64,000 bases of DNA, taken from Camelus ferus. Its lineage: Eukaryota. The stretch spans positions 120,962,001 through 121,026,000 of the forward strand of contig NC_045696.1 of NCBI RefSeq assembly GCF_009834535.1. The letters run 5' to 3'. How positions within the stretch are numbered: position 1 is the first letter of the stretch; the number at the start of each line of letters is the position of its first letter. The position numbers and the translations under genes are program-made. This document shows positions 50,370-61,760 of the stretch, piece after piece. The notes under the pieces are model-generated. The model was not told the DNA's origin. It did not search any database and saw only the letters and a program-made list of their open reading frames with translations.

Positions 50370-51547
50370 GTGGGGGGACTGTCACATCAAGGTCAGGCCT
50401 CCCAGCCACTCACACCGGGCTTGTGGAAGGACTGATACATCACGCTGAGCACAGCTACACTTCACCGAGGTGGGCGGCTGTCCAGCCCAGGACGCGGGTG
50501 GCTGCCCAGCCTGGGACGCGGGCTGGGATGTGGTTGGGGGAATGATTCACCTGCAGGGCTGCTGCTGCTGAAAACTGATGGCTCAAGGCAGAAAGCGTTT
50601 CTGCCCACGCACAGAGTCAAATTAATTAGGTCTGATGATGCAACATAGGTAAATCAGTCCTGCTATTTGGACTCAGGAGTTCTGGCACCTTCTAAAAATT
50701 TTTTTAAAAACTGGGAGGAGGAGAGAAATGTGTACCCATAACAGATGTGGGAGGCAGGCTCTTTTTAATTTTAGTCTTCATAACGCAGCACTTTTCCTAG
50801 AACTGGTGCAGGCCTTGCCTTGTACACAGCTCAGGAATTCTGTTCAGTAGAACAGGTCTCACCAGAGGACCGGATAATGCGGTGGCCCCTCTGCTGTCCC
50901 CTTGGACAACTGAGTACAGTGCGTTTTTCCGGTCATCGCAGAGAAGGGGGGTTATAACTGCTGTGCAGAAGACTGTAAGGCAGTGGCTACAAATGGACTC
51001 AGACTGTCCAGCCCGGCTGCGGACAAGCTGTGTGAACTTGGAGAAGTTGCTGCACCTCACTGAGCCCCAGGCTCCTCCTGTGCAGTTAGGATATAACAGT
51101 GTCATCTTTCAAGGGCCCTGAGTTTTAAAGTCCATGCTTCATACAGTAGTCACTTACAGACAAAACGAGCTGCTGCTTTTCTGAGCATCAAATGAAACGT
51201 TTCGCTTGCTTGGGAAGTGGGCTGTATGGGAAACACGTAATTTTGAACCTTATCAGTTTGGGGCAATCAGGCAAAGCACCAAGAGGCTCACAATCTAAGA
51301 GGCACACACAGGAGCTGAGGTGCAGCTCTCAGTCCGGGGCGTTCGCTTTTTGACTCAGCTGTGGGACAGAACTGCCTGGGACCCCTGACTCCACCCCCTT
51401 CCTTCCCCCACCCTCACCTTCTCCCTTGTTTGAATTCCAGCCAGTTAAAGTCTAGTTTGACTGACTTCAACCGGGATACACACCACCACATACACTTGCA
51501 TCGAAGGGTCCTTGCAAGCATTAAGTGAAGCAGTGGGTCTGCGGCAG

Positions 51548-51644
51548 CCACGGGGCTGCAGGAAGGTTGTGCAGGGAGCTGGTTGCCCCCCTCTTGGCCC
51601 CTTCTGAGTCACTGCAGCATCAGGCCAAGGCCACGCCCCTCCTG
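51548..51644 (-). repeat. Right arm of the ~97-bp inverted repeat
   Basis: See the left arm. The ORF track also shows the same peptide (RELVAPLxAPSESLQxxAKATPLL) on opposite strands. Confidence 0.92.
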
Positions 51645-51649
51645 AGTCA

Positions 51650-52340
51650 GCCCCTACTCCACATCCTTTCACTCCAGTCCTACATCCAGTCTGTAAGCAA
51701 AGCCTACTGGCTTGACCTTTGAAGCATGTTTGGAGTAAGATCACCACTTAGCACTTCTCCTACTGCCAGAGCCACTGTCACCTCCCCAGTGGATTACTGC
51801 AGTCATTTCTCACTGGCCTCCAGTGCCTTTCCCCAGCCCAGCTCACCCAGAATAAAAGGCCCCCTACCACCAATGGACACGCCCCTCCCTCCTCCACAAT
51901 GAGACCTGCCCTTGCCCGCCCTACTCCATCCGGCCAGCCTTCTTCCTGCTCCTGGGACACACCAGGCGTGTTCCTGCCTGTGGGAGCCTGGAATCCCCAT
52001 CTCCAGACACACCAGTGACTGGCTTCTTCTGAACCTTTGAGTCTCTGCTCCTGTCACTTTACTGGGGAGGAATCTGACTCATTCATAGAAGACAGCACCT
52101 GCTGGCCCAAGCATTCTCAGTCCCCTGCCCACTTTGTTTTTCTCCGCAGTCCCGTCACCATGTGACTTGCCACTGCTCATCTGCTCCTTCATCTACGGTC
52201 TGTCTCCCCTACTAGAATGCAGCTACTAGGGCAGAGAGTCTGATTGTATTTTTTTTTTTCACTGCTGCATTCCCAGCACCTTGACTAGTGTTTCCCATAG
52301 AGCAGACGCTGAGTAGGATTTGTGGAATAAATGAATGAAT
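51650..52340 (-). mobile_element. L2 3' region ending in an (ATGA/GGAT)n tail
   Basis: cctacatccagtctgtaagcaaagcc...ggattactgcagt...ctagaatgcagctactagggcagag...ataaatgaatgaatgaatggatgg. The orientation label follows convention and is uncertain. Confidence 0.7.
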
Positions 52341-52989
52341 GAATGGATGGATGGATGGGTGGATGGATGGCTTCAACAATCCAGTACACAAACAGATGAG
52401 AGTGAGTAGAAAAGGAAGAAACTGAGGTGATTGAGGAGGTGGGGGCCTGGGGAGACCTAGGGGGAGGGGGTCAGGGAGGGTTTCTGGAAGAGGACATTTC
52501 AGCTGTGATCTGAAGGGTGGGGAAAGGGGGCTGGGAGAGGAACTCCGCTCCTGAAAGGTGTCATCCTTGACCTGAGCGCAAACGTGGTGCCGAGCCAGGA
52601 AACATCTTCAGAAAGGTGTGGAGTTCATTTCCGTTTCCTCCGCTTTTCTCACGGGGTGAGTGTGTATCTGTTGAGGGCATTTATGTTCATTACATGCCTA
52701 TTTCTGGGACACTAGGAGTGAGCTGGGTGCTGGGTTAAGTTGTAATGCAGTAAAACAAGCTCTTTAGCTCCGTTCCCGAATTGTTACCTAATGCAGAACC
52801 TGATCTTTGTTATAAGTGGTCTCTTCGTCAAAACAGACAGAATTTCATTTAAATGTTAAAAGGTACAGTTGGCATCTTGTTGTATGCTATGGCTCATAAC
52901 CCATTAGTATCACTTATTTTGATCCTCACAGTACCCTAGATTTGATCAGCAGAGGAAATGTGGACATAGAGACAGAGACGTTTGTGCAT

Positions 52990-53191
52990 CAGCGGGTCCC
53001 AGCCAGGGGAGGCTTGGCCCCTCATGGACCTTTGACAGTGTCTGGTGACACGTCTGGCTTTCAGATTTCAGGGTCAAAGGAAGGGGTGATGGGTGGTCTG
53101 CTGGCATCCAGGGGGCTGAGGCCAGAGATGCTGCTCAGCAGTCTTCCCACACCCGGCCCAGACGTCAGCAGTGCCGGGGCTGAGAGACTCA
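52990..53191. mobile_element. MER20 (hAT-Charlie)
   Basis: ggggaggcttggcccctcatggacctttgacagtgtctggtgaca...ctggcatccagggggctgaggccagagatgctgct...gtcagcagtgccggggctgagagac. Confidence 0.8.
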
Positions 53192-54285
53192 GGTGTATGT
53201 GGGGGTGGATGGGGGAGGTCATAAACTTGACATCAGGGCGAAAGGCATATGGGAACTTTCATACTATTTTTGCAACTCTACTGTAAGTCTGAAATTATTT
53301 CAGAATCTTACAAGGTTTTCAATGGGCCTAGTTGGCAGTTTTACTTTTGCTGCCCTGATCTGCAGCCTGGAGGTAGAAGGTGACTCGTCCCCTGTTGGGG
53401 GTGAAGGCTCAGCTCAGTCACTGCCTGTGACCTCTGGGGTCACAGGTCTTCAGGGGCAGGCAGGGACGTTGGCAAAGGACCCAAGTGCCCACCAGGATGA
53501 CGACTGGGGTTGCTTGCTTCTGTGAGAGAGTGCACCCACACCCCCTCCCACCCCGTGCCGAGGCCACATGTAGACAGGAGTCTCCGATCTGCTGGACCTG
53601 CTCTTCCAGCCGGGGCTGGGAGCTGATGATGAAGTGCCCGCCCCGCCCCCTCCGTAGCTGCATCTTGTTTCTGGATTGCTTATATTTTATACACATCTCC
53701 CAAGGAACTGCTCTTAGGTCTCCTCGAGGTTACACCCCAGTTCCTCCAACAGCATGGTGAGCTGCTCTGGGCCGGGCTCCCTGACTTCTCTCCATCTCTG
53801 TGATGCAGAGGCTCTGGAGATGCGCTGCCTGCAGCTCCTCTTCCTAGCTGCGTGAACTTGGTTGTATTAGGGAACCTGTTTGTGCCTCAGTTTTGTCAGC
53901 TGTTAAATGGGGAGAAAAATCGCATCCCTGGCAGAGTTTAAGTGAATTAATACACGTGAGCTGGCACAACAGGGGCATGAATTAAGACCTTAATCAAAGT
54001 TAGTATTCATTCAGTCATTCTAGAGCATTAGAGTTATTCCTGCCCCAACCCCCCCACCCCCACCCCAACACACCCCTGGACAGAGCTCCTAACGTCTGTG
54101 TTAGGAAGATGTGATCGATGTGTCCCAGCCGTCCAGGCGCCTTCTGCAGCCCTGTCTCTGGCTCTTGCTGTTTCTGTTGCATTGACTCAACTCAGATGGT
54201 TATGGAGACTCTCCCTGCCGTGGGGCGGTGCAGTGGGTAAACCTCTCAGTCTTTCATGTCTGTCATCTTCCCGCCCTAGCATGCC

Positions 54286-54794
54286 TGTTGGGGGACACAT
54301 AGAGGGCCAGTACTGCAGGTGGTAAAAGAATCTACCAAAGGCAAAGGATGAAATAGGAAAGGAGTTTATTAGGTTCACCGCTACAGGCAACAGTGGGCCA
54401 CACAGACGAGAGGGGCCTGCGTGAGCCGCGAGGGTGAGTGTGCAGGGCCTGTTACTGGGGAAGGGCTGTGAGCACAAAGGGGCAGGGGACAGATTTCTGA
54501 CTGGCTGTAAACGGGCTGGGGGGCTTTGGTTCATGGGAGGAGAGCGGATTTACGACTTCAGTAAGATGGAGACGTGGGCTGACACAAGCAGGGTGGTGGA
54601 ATTTATGATCCCAATTAGGAGCAGATGTGGGCACCATGAGACTAGCCATTTCCCAGGGCTGTTAATTCTGCTGAGGCAAACGCCCGTCAGGAGTTTATCT
54701 CCCAAAGAGGAGCAGGCGGACGCCTAAGGGCTGGAAGTTTGGGGCCTGCAGGGCCTCAGCAGGCACCAGTTGGCACCGCTGTTGCACCCTTTCA
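54286..54794 (-). mobile_element. Possible ERV LTR
   Basis: Begins tgtt..., contains aggagtttatt (antisense AATAAA) and ends ...ccctttca. No TSD found. Confidence 0.4.
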
Positions 54795-55174
54795 CTAGGT
54801 ACTTCCGCTGAGCCAGACCCTGTCGTCAAGGCTTTTTATTATTCCATTTGCTTCTCATAAGAGCCCCATGTGAGGTGGAGACCATTACCCTCATCACATT
54901 ACAATGAGGAAAACTGCAGCTGGGAGATGTTAACCGCTCGACCGGGCTGCAGAGTTAAGAAGTCACCTGCTTTTTCCTCCAGTCTCCCAGGAGCGATGCA
55001 CTTTGATTTGGGGAGAACCCAGAGTTCATGCCATCCTTCTGTTTTCCCTCCTTGCAAATCACAGAAGCTGGAGGAGACACGCACAGATAAGATTTAGTGT
55101 TTGTCGCCTGCCAGTGTCTGTGCTGGGTGCCAGGATGTAAAAGCAGATATGTGGTCAGTGACCTTGGTTTGTTT

Positions 55175-55700
55175 AGTGTCTCAGTTACCTTTTGCTGTGT
55201 AACAAAACACCCCCAAGTTAGTGGATTAAAACCATGATGTATTTATTGTTCCTCCTGATTCTGTGAGTTGCCGGGGCTGAGGGGACAGTTCTGCTCCATG
55301 TAATACTGCATGAAGTCACTCCTTTGGCTGTGTTTAGCCAAGAGCTTGGCTTGGCCTCGCTCCCGTGTCTGCCAGTGCTGCTGGCTAGGGGCCAGGGGCC
55401 CTGGTTTTCCTCCCGTGGCCTCTCCTGCTCCAGGGACAACCCCAACGGACCTCTCCAGCAGAACGGCCTGGGCTTCTTATGTAGTTGCTGGCTTCCAAGA
55501 GTGAAAATGGAAGCTACACGACCTCTCAGGCCCAGCTGGAGAAGGCACACAGTGCTGCTCCTGGGCACCCCGCGGCCACAGCAAGCTGCAGGTGCCTCGG
55601 GTCGGGGAAGACCTCTGCATCATGGTGGAGGGATGGCCCCGGAGCACGAGGGCAGGAGTGATTGTCATAGCCACTTTGAAAGCAGTTAACCACACTCCCT
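55175..55700. mobile_element. MLT1 (MaLR) LTR
   Basis: tcagttaccttttgctgtgtaacaaaacacccccaagttagtggattaaaacc...tttattgttcctcctgattctgtgagttg, a canonical MLT1 end. Confidence 0.75.
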
Positions 55701-56744
55701 GTTCATCTGGCTCTTTGGCCAGGAGAATAGGGTTTTAGAGTTGGAAGTCTCCTTAACCATCATCTGATTCACAGACGCAGAAACTAAGACCTGGGAAGAA
55801 GCCAAGCCACATGGCCCGGACAAGCACAGTCAGCGGAGGGTCTGGGCTGGGATCCAGGCTGGCCTGGCTGGTGTCGCCCCTGCATCACGGTTGTGAGCCC
55901 TGCCTTCCTTCCTGCAGAGAGTATCTGTGCGCGTTCCTCTCTGACTCAAGGCTCCCCCTTTGCTAAGCGTGGAGACCACAAGGCTGTAGGAGAAGGCAGG
56001 GCCTGCCTTTCCTCTGCTGTTTCTGTGCTTGGTACCTGCCTCCCTACCCCTGGGCTGGGCGTGGGGGTCTTCCTCTGGTGCTTTGGCCTCACGAACCAGC
56101 ACTGACCAGGGATCCCCTTCTGTGCACTGGAAAATGAAATGAAAATCAAATGGGTTTTACCACATGCACAAAACCTGGCTGCCCAAACCCCACCAGGTGT
56201 TATAAAGTGGAGACCAACAGTTACGTAACATTTTAGGGGCGTTTGTTACACTGCAGTGCATGTTTCCCAAATCCATGATTACTGCAACGTGAAACGCGCT
56301 GCTTGCTGTGAAATGGGGCAGGTGAGCCACAAGGTATTACTGCCTCTCAGAGAACCCCAAGCCTGAAGATGAAAAGAGCTTCTGTTTTCCCTCCATCATT
56401 ATGATGCTTTTTTGGATATTTCTAGCCTCCTGGGTAGAGGACAGATATTTATTTTGTATTAAAGATAATATTTTGTTATCAAATACAGTTCTGGGATTCT
56501 CCCCCACCCCGACCTCCACCCCCATGGGGGTGCCGACTCTTACTGAGGGTTAAAGTAAAGAAACAGAGCATTTCCTAGGGTTACGGCCCCTTGAAGACCA
56601 TAGATATCCAAAGAACGGCAGAGATGCTCTCTTGGAAAAAATGTTGACTTGATTCTGACTGTACTGAATACAGATTGAATAGAGCCCTTTCTTCATTCTA
56701 AGAGTAGCTAGCATTTTAATAGATTAATTAAGGAATATTTGTGG

Positions 56745-56830
56745 AAAAGAATATACATGTATAACTGCTCCACTATAACACACCAGAAACTAACAAAGCA
56801 TTGTAAATCAACTATACTTCAATTTAAAAA
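56745..56830 (+). mobile_element. Very short young L1 3' tail (type 1)
   Basis: acatgtataactg...acaccagaaactaacaaagcattgtaaatcaactatacttcaatttaaaaa. Confidence 0.75.
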
Positions 56831-57415
56831 GTCATAATTAAAAAATAAAAAATAAAACGTAATCCGCCAAAAAAAAAGGTACTTTTAAAAAATTCTGTGT
56901 GTCTAGTAGGATGTAGATCACTAATTAAAAGCTGTGAAAGAAATACCTTCTTAAGTCCGGTCCCAGGGGAGGGTTAGGCTGTCTGTTCATTGGTAGACAC
57001 AGAAACCTGAAAGGAAAGTATAATCTTGAAAGTATCAATTACTATTTTAATGAAAATAATGATAACATTTTTATGAGGAAAAAGCACTATTTATTATAGA
57101 AATTCATAAGCAACTTAAGCACACAAAGGGGAAGATAAAGGCCCCCCCGTAATCCCACCTTGTAGTCACACTGCTGTTCACATTTTCACGTGTGCTCTTC
57201 CCAGCAGAGACAGAGCAACAGATACATACACATGCACATGCAGACGGACGTACAGATAGAGCTGTTTTTCGTTTAAAAATGGGATCCTACTGTACAATAA
57301 TTCTGCAGCTGGATTCTTTCAGGTTTCGTTCTGCCTAAGCATGGCGAGAGCGTTTTTCCATGTCATTAAATATCCTTCTACTTTCCGAGGAAGTAAACCT
57401 CTCTCGTTCCGACAG

Positions 57416-57476
57416 GACAGTGACACTGAAGCCCTGGTCAGGTGTCTGGAACACATCCTGGGCCACTCCTCTCTCG
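57416..57476 (+). CDS. NEK11: NEK11 coding exon (61 nt): DSDTEALVRCLEHILGHSSL
   Basis: Acceptor ctctcgttccgacag|G and donor G|gtgagt. Matches recalled DSDIEALARCLENVLGCTSL. Not shown in the ORF track. Confidence 0.93.
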
Positions 57477-57999
57477 GTGAGTAAGTCTCTTCAGATTCCG
57501 AAATCTACCTGCCGATTCTAACGGGACAGCCAAGGAGGAGAGAGCGTGGAAGGGTCTTAGAGATGTTTTAGTCCAAACTCCTCCTTTGACAGATGATGAG
57601 GCTGAGACCAACAGAGGCTGAACATCTGGCCCGCGGGCCCAGAAACACAGAGAAGGATTGGTGGTGGTTGTTGTCACGTGACCCTCCAAAGATGGATAAT
57701 TAAATTCCGCAGTCCCCTGGGGTCACATGTGCCCAGCAGGGCGCAGTGACAGGGTTTCACGGGCTTCCTGGAAGAGGACTCTCGCTAGTCCTTTGGAAAC
57801 ATCGCACTCATTCAAGCTGAAGGTCAGTCAGTTCCTGGAGGAGATTTGGCCTAGAAAACAAAGCTGAAATTTCTTTCGCGTTGTCGGGCTCCATAAATGG
57901 GATCGCTGTGCTTCAAAGATAAAACCCTATTTCTAAGTTTCTTTCTTGTTTCAATCTGACAAGCCCCAGGTTAGAAAGCCAAACATCTAGTATGGACGG

Positions 58000-58197
58000 T
58001 AATTTGCCACCTGACACGGACGGGGTAGTGGAGGACCCAGCCTGCTCTCTGCGGGCTTCACTCTCTGCGGGTTGAGCCCGGATGGAGGCCCCTCTGTTCA
58101 CCACTGCCCGCTGCCTCGGAGGGGCTTCAGCTCCGCAGGGTTTGGTGTCCGCGGGGGCTCCTGGAACCAACCCCCACGGGTACCGCGGGACGACTGC
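58000..58197 (-). mobile_element. MER2 (Tigger MITE) fragment
   Basis: Reverse complement cagtcgtcccgcggtacccgtgggggttggttccaggagcccccgcggacaccaaaccctgcgga matches the recalled MER2 5' end. Confidence 0.75.
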
Positions 58198-61100
58198 ATT
58201 CTTCTAGGTCCTGGGTGAAAAGGGGTGAGGTTTTTTTTTTTGTTTGATATTTGATTGTGAATTTTTATTTTAAATTTTTTAATTGTGTGTCCCAAAGCAG
58301 TCCCTTCCAAGGGCCTGGCAGGAGTAAAGATTAAGTGTTGGGGCGTGCCAGTGTTCACCACTGTTGTGTTAGCTTTATGCACAGTACATAGCCTTTTTCT
58401 GGCTTAGTCCACATCTCTGTGTGAGAAGGCACACTCATGACACAGCTCTCTGATTTTTCCTCCCCACTATCACCCTGTGATCTGTTTAACTGCACATCAG
58501 TAACACTGAGGGGTATATTTATCCCAAGTTCAAACTGGCAGGCCAGGAGGGCTGTCCTTTGGGCAAGCACTTCTCTCTCTGGACCTTAGTTAGACTAGCT
58601 CAGTGATTTTCAAACAGGGTTCCATGGGGAGCTCCGGGAGCTGGCGAGGGAGCAGGGGTGCCCTGAGCAGCACAGGGACAGAAGCCCTGTCTACACCCTC
58701 ATCTCTGCCTCTCCAGAGTGTCTAACATGGTGTCTGGTGCAGAAGAGGCCCTTCACATGTATTTTTAAATATTTTAAAGAGAAATCAGATGTAGACTCTG
58801 CTCCTTTCCCAGCTTCAGACAAAATAGTTTCACTCTTACCTGTTTTAGAAATTAGACTTCTACATAAGATTGTCTCTTAAAAACGATTCCACTGCAAAAA
58901 AAAAAATTAATGCTGGATTGGATAGATGATATCTAGATTCGCTTCTAGACTGCATGATTTTATAAAAATGAGCATTAGGAACAGAGGACAAAAATACACA
59001 TTCATCTCTGCCTGGAGCACCATCAAAGTGACAGGACGGGAATACAGCTGATACAAACATGCAGAAGACACAGGGAGCGGGGCGGGAGGCAGGGCGGTGA
59101 GAGCCGTGAGTGAGGCTGAGAAGCAGCAGGTGAGTGATGAGGATTTAGGGATGAGCTGGGGAAAGTGCGGAGCCTAAGATGCTGTGGGAGGGCAGAGGGT
59201 TGGGCACCGGCGGACACTGACATCAGGGGCCTTGCTTCTGAAACACCTGTTCGGGGAGGTCCTCGCAGCAGGACCCTTATTGCAGAAGAGAATATTATTA
59301 CTTTGAGGGCTCCCAGTGCTTCTCTGTCATTCCTAGAAGCCATGAAGAAATCCCCTCGGGTGGTCTGGGGGACAAGATGGCTCAGGGAGACAGCGTCTGC
59401 TTTGCTCTAGCTACATTTTGGGGAGATTCACCAGCTGTCATAATGGTTACTGCTTATTAGTCATGGTGGTTGTTGATTTATGTCAGAACGTTAACAGGGT
59501 CCAAGGGACATTGTAAACCTAATTATGTCAGCGTCTAAGTCTTGTGCCTTAAACGTGAAGCCTCTGATGCAGCTGCGTACGCTCCGTTCACAGTCATCAT
59601 CAGCACGTGCATCTCGGAAATCTGTTACCCTGTTGCCCACTAGATTGTCAGTTATCTTCCACAAATGTTTTCAAGAGCTTCTCCCAACCCTCAACAAGAG
59701 ACGAAAGAACAGCAGATGCAAATGCCCTTTCTGGTTATTTGGACCAAGAAAGCAGTAACTCTGTAGGCCTCGGATGTGCTGGCAGTGGTTCGCCCTAGAC
59801 TTCGTCTACTTTGTGACAAACGGGCAGTGATCCCCACTTCCTGTGTCCCAGGGGAGTGGAGAGGGTGGAGCGTGGAGAGACCCCAAGTTAGAAGGTGGCT
59901 TTCTGAAGTACAAGTTCAGTGCATGAGTGTCCTCTGTGCATCAAGGTCAGGTTAAAGCCTTGGCCAGTGGTTCTCACGCTCGAGGGCCCATGAGGACGCA
60001 GGTGCGCATTTCTGACAAGTCCCGAATGACGCTGCTGCTGCTGCAGGTCCAGGCCCTCCGGGACAGCCGCTCACCGCGCTCACCCACCAGCTCAGAGCTC
60101 ACGCTTTACTAAAGTATAAAATTACATTCTCTTTCTTACAGTGAGAGACAACTTGCCTGTGAGCTAAAATGCACATAGCCTCTTATAGCCACTTTTCTGT
60201 CTTTTTGTGGTGATGTCAGTGTGTGGAGGGCCACCTGGCCCTGTCCTGTGCTTCCCTGGAACCAGCATTGTATTTCTGCCTCACCCTCAGCCTCTGTACT
60301 GGACATTTAGGTGGGTTCAGGAACCTCGTGAAGACTCAGACGTGGAGATCTATCTGGAACATGGTCCCAGCCACCAGTGGGGTCCTGGACAAACCAGTGC
60401 AAAGCTTTGTAACAATAGCAGAGAGCACCCCCAGGTGCTTCCTTTGCACATGGGGGACACATCACTCCAAGTGGAGGCACTTCCTTTATGAAGCCCGAGA
60501 TCCCCCCCAAATTTCCCAGTCTTGAATAGATGCTGAGGGACCCTAGGAAGAATTAATAGAGGAAAGGAGAACAAAATTTAAGGGAGCAGGAAAGGCCAGA
60601 AATGAGGGCTGGGGGCCAGCTCAGAGTGTCGGCAGTGGCCATTTCCCCAGGGCAGGTGCTTCAGAACCTGAAACATCCATGGTTGACACGTGCAGCCTTT
60701 CTCTCCACTCCATTCTTCCCGACACACATTCACAAGCACATCTGGTGAGCCAGTGTCACAGCGGTAAAGAAAACAGGGTCCACTCCCGCCCAGCTCCCAG
60801 GTTAGTGCGGGAGGCAGATGATGCGGATACAGTGGGGAGGACCACGTGGCCTGGGAACATGGTCAGTGGAGGAGAAGGGCTGTGCTCTCCTGGGGCCTTG
60901 GGGCAGGACGAGCCCTTCTTCTCAGTTAAGTTCTCAGACTCTTAACACGTAGCCAGGCACACAGTAATTTCCAGCAGTCGTTGGATGAATGAAAGGAAAG
61001 ATAGCAGCGCTGCCCAGTGGTCGAGGAGAGGACGGGGCAGCATGGCAGCGCACAAGTGGGCACTGCCTGGGCGTCTCCATGGGCCTGTCGGGCGGTCAGT

Positions 61101-61602
61101 GCTGTGGGATGTGCGGGGTGCAGGAGAGTCGGCACGTCTGGACCCACGGGCCACGGCCGCGGAGGGCCTTGGCGCTGGGCTAAAGGGTTTGACTTTATCC
61201 TGTGGCCCAGGGATACCACTGGTTTTTAAGCATGATCAGAAAAGATCTCCTTTACCAAACAATGAGGAGGGCTCTTAGGGAGAAGTGACTTGAGATGGGG
61301 AACCGGTTACAGGCTCTTGTTACAGAGGCAACAGATGGTGTAACTGTTGAGGCCCCTCGCTACCGAGAAGATGACCTCTGTTTTCCCTTACATGGGACTT
61401 AGAAAGGAAAACTCTGTCTCTGTTTCTTAGGAAATGGATTGTGAACCAGGGCAACGTAAGAAGTTTAGCACTTTATAATGTTTGGGAAATTAGCTGTACT
61501 TCTAGAGGGCCGTCATCTGCAGACCGATGCTGTATTTACAAGGCTTGCTCCATAGATCCAAGCTGGGGGTTATCATAGGAGTCATTAGAATACAAGAGAT
61601 GC

Positions 61603-61760
61603 GGAAATATACACAAAATGTTATGATAACTCACAGAGAAAAAAATGTGACAATGAGTGTGTATATGTCCATGAATGACTGAAAAATTGTGCTGAACACT
61701 GGAATTTGACACAACATTGTAAAATGATTATAAGTCAATAAAAAATGTAAAAAAAAAAAA
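61603..61760 (+). mobile_element. 158-bp L1-derived insertion (tail type 2) with a perfect 16-bp TSD
   Basis: TSD agaatacaagagatgc at 61587-61602 and 61761-61776, preceded by tt (an L1 endonuclease-type TT|AGAA site). Ends aataaaaaatgt(A)n. Confidence 0.95.
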
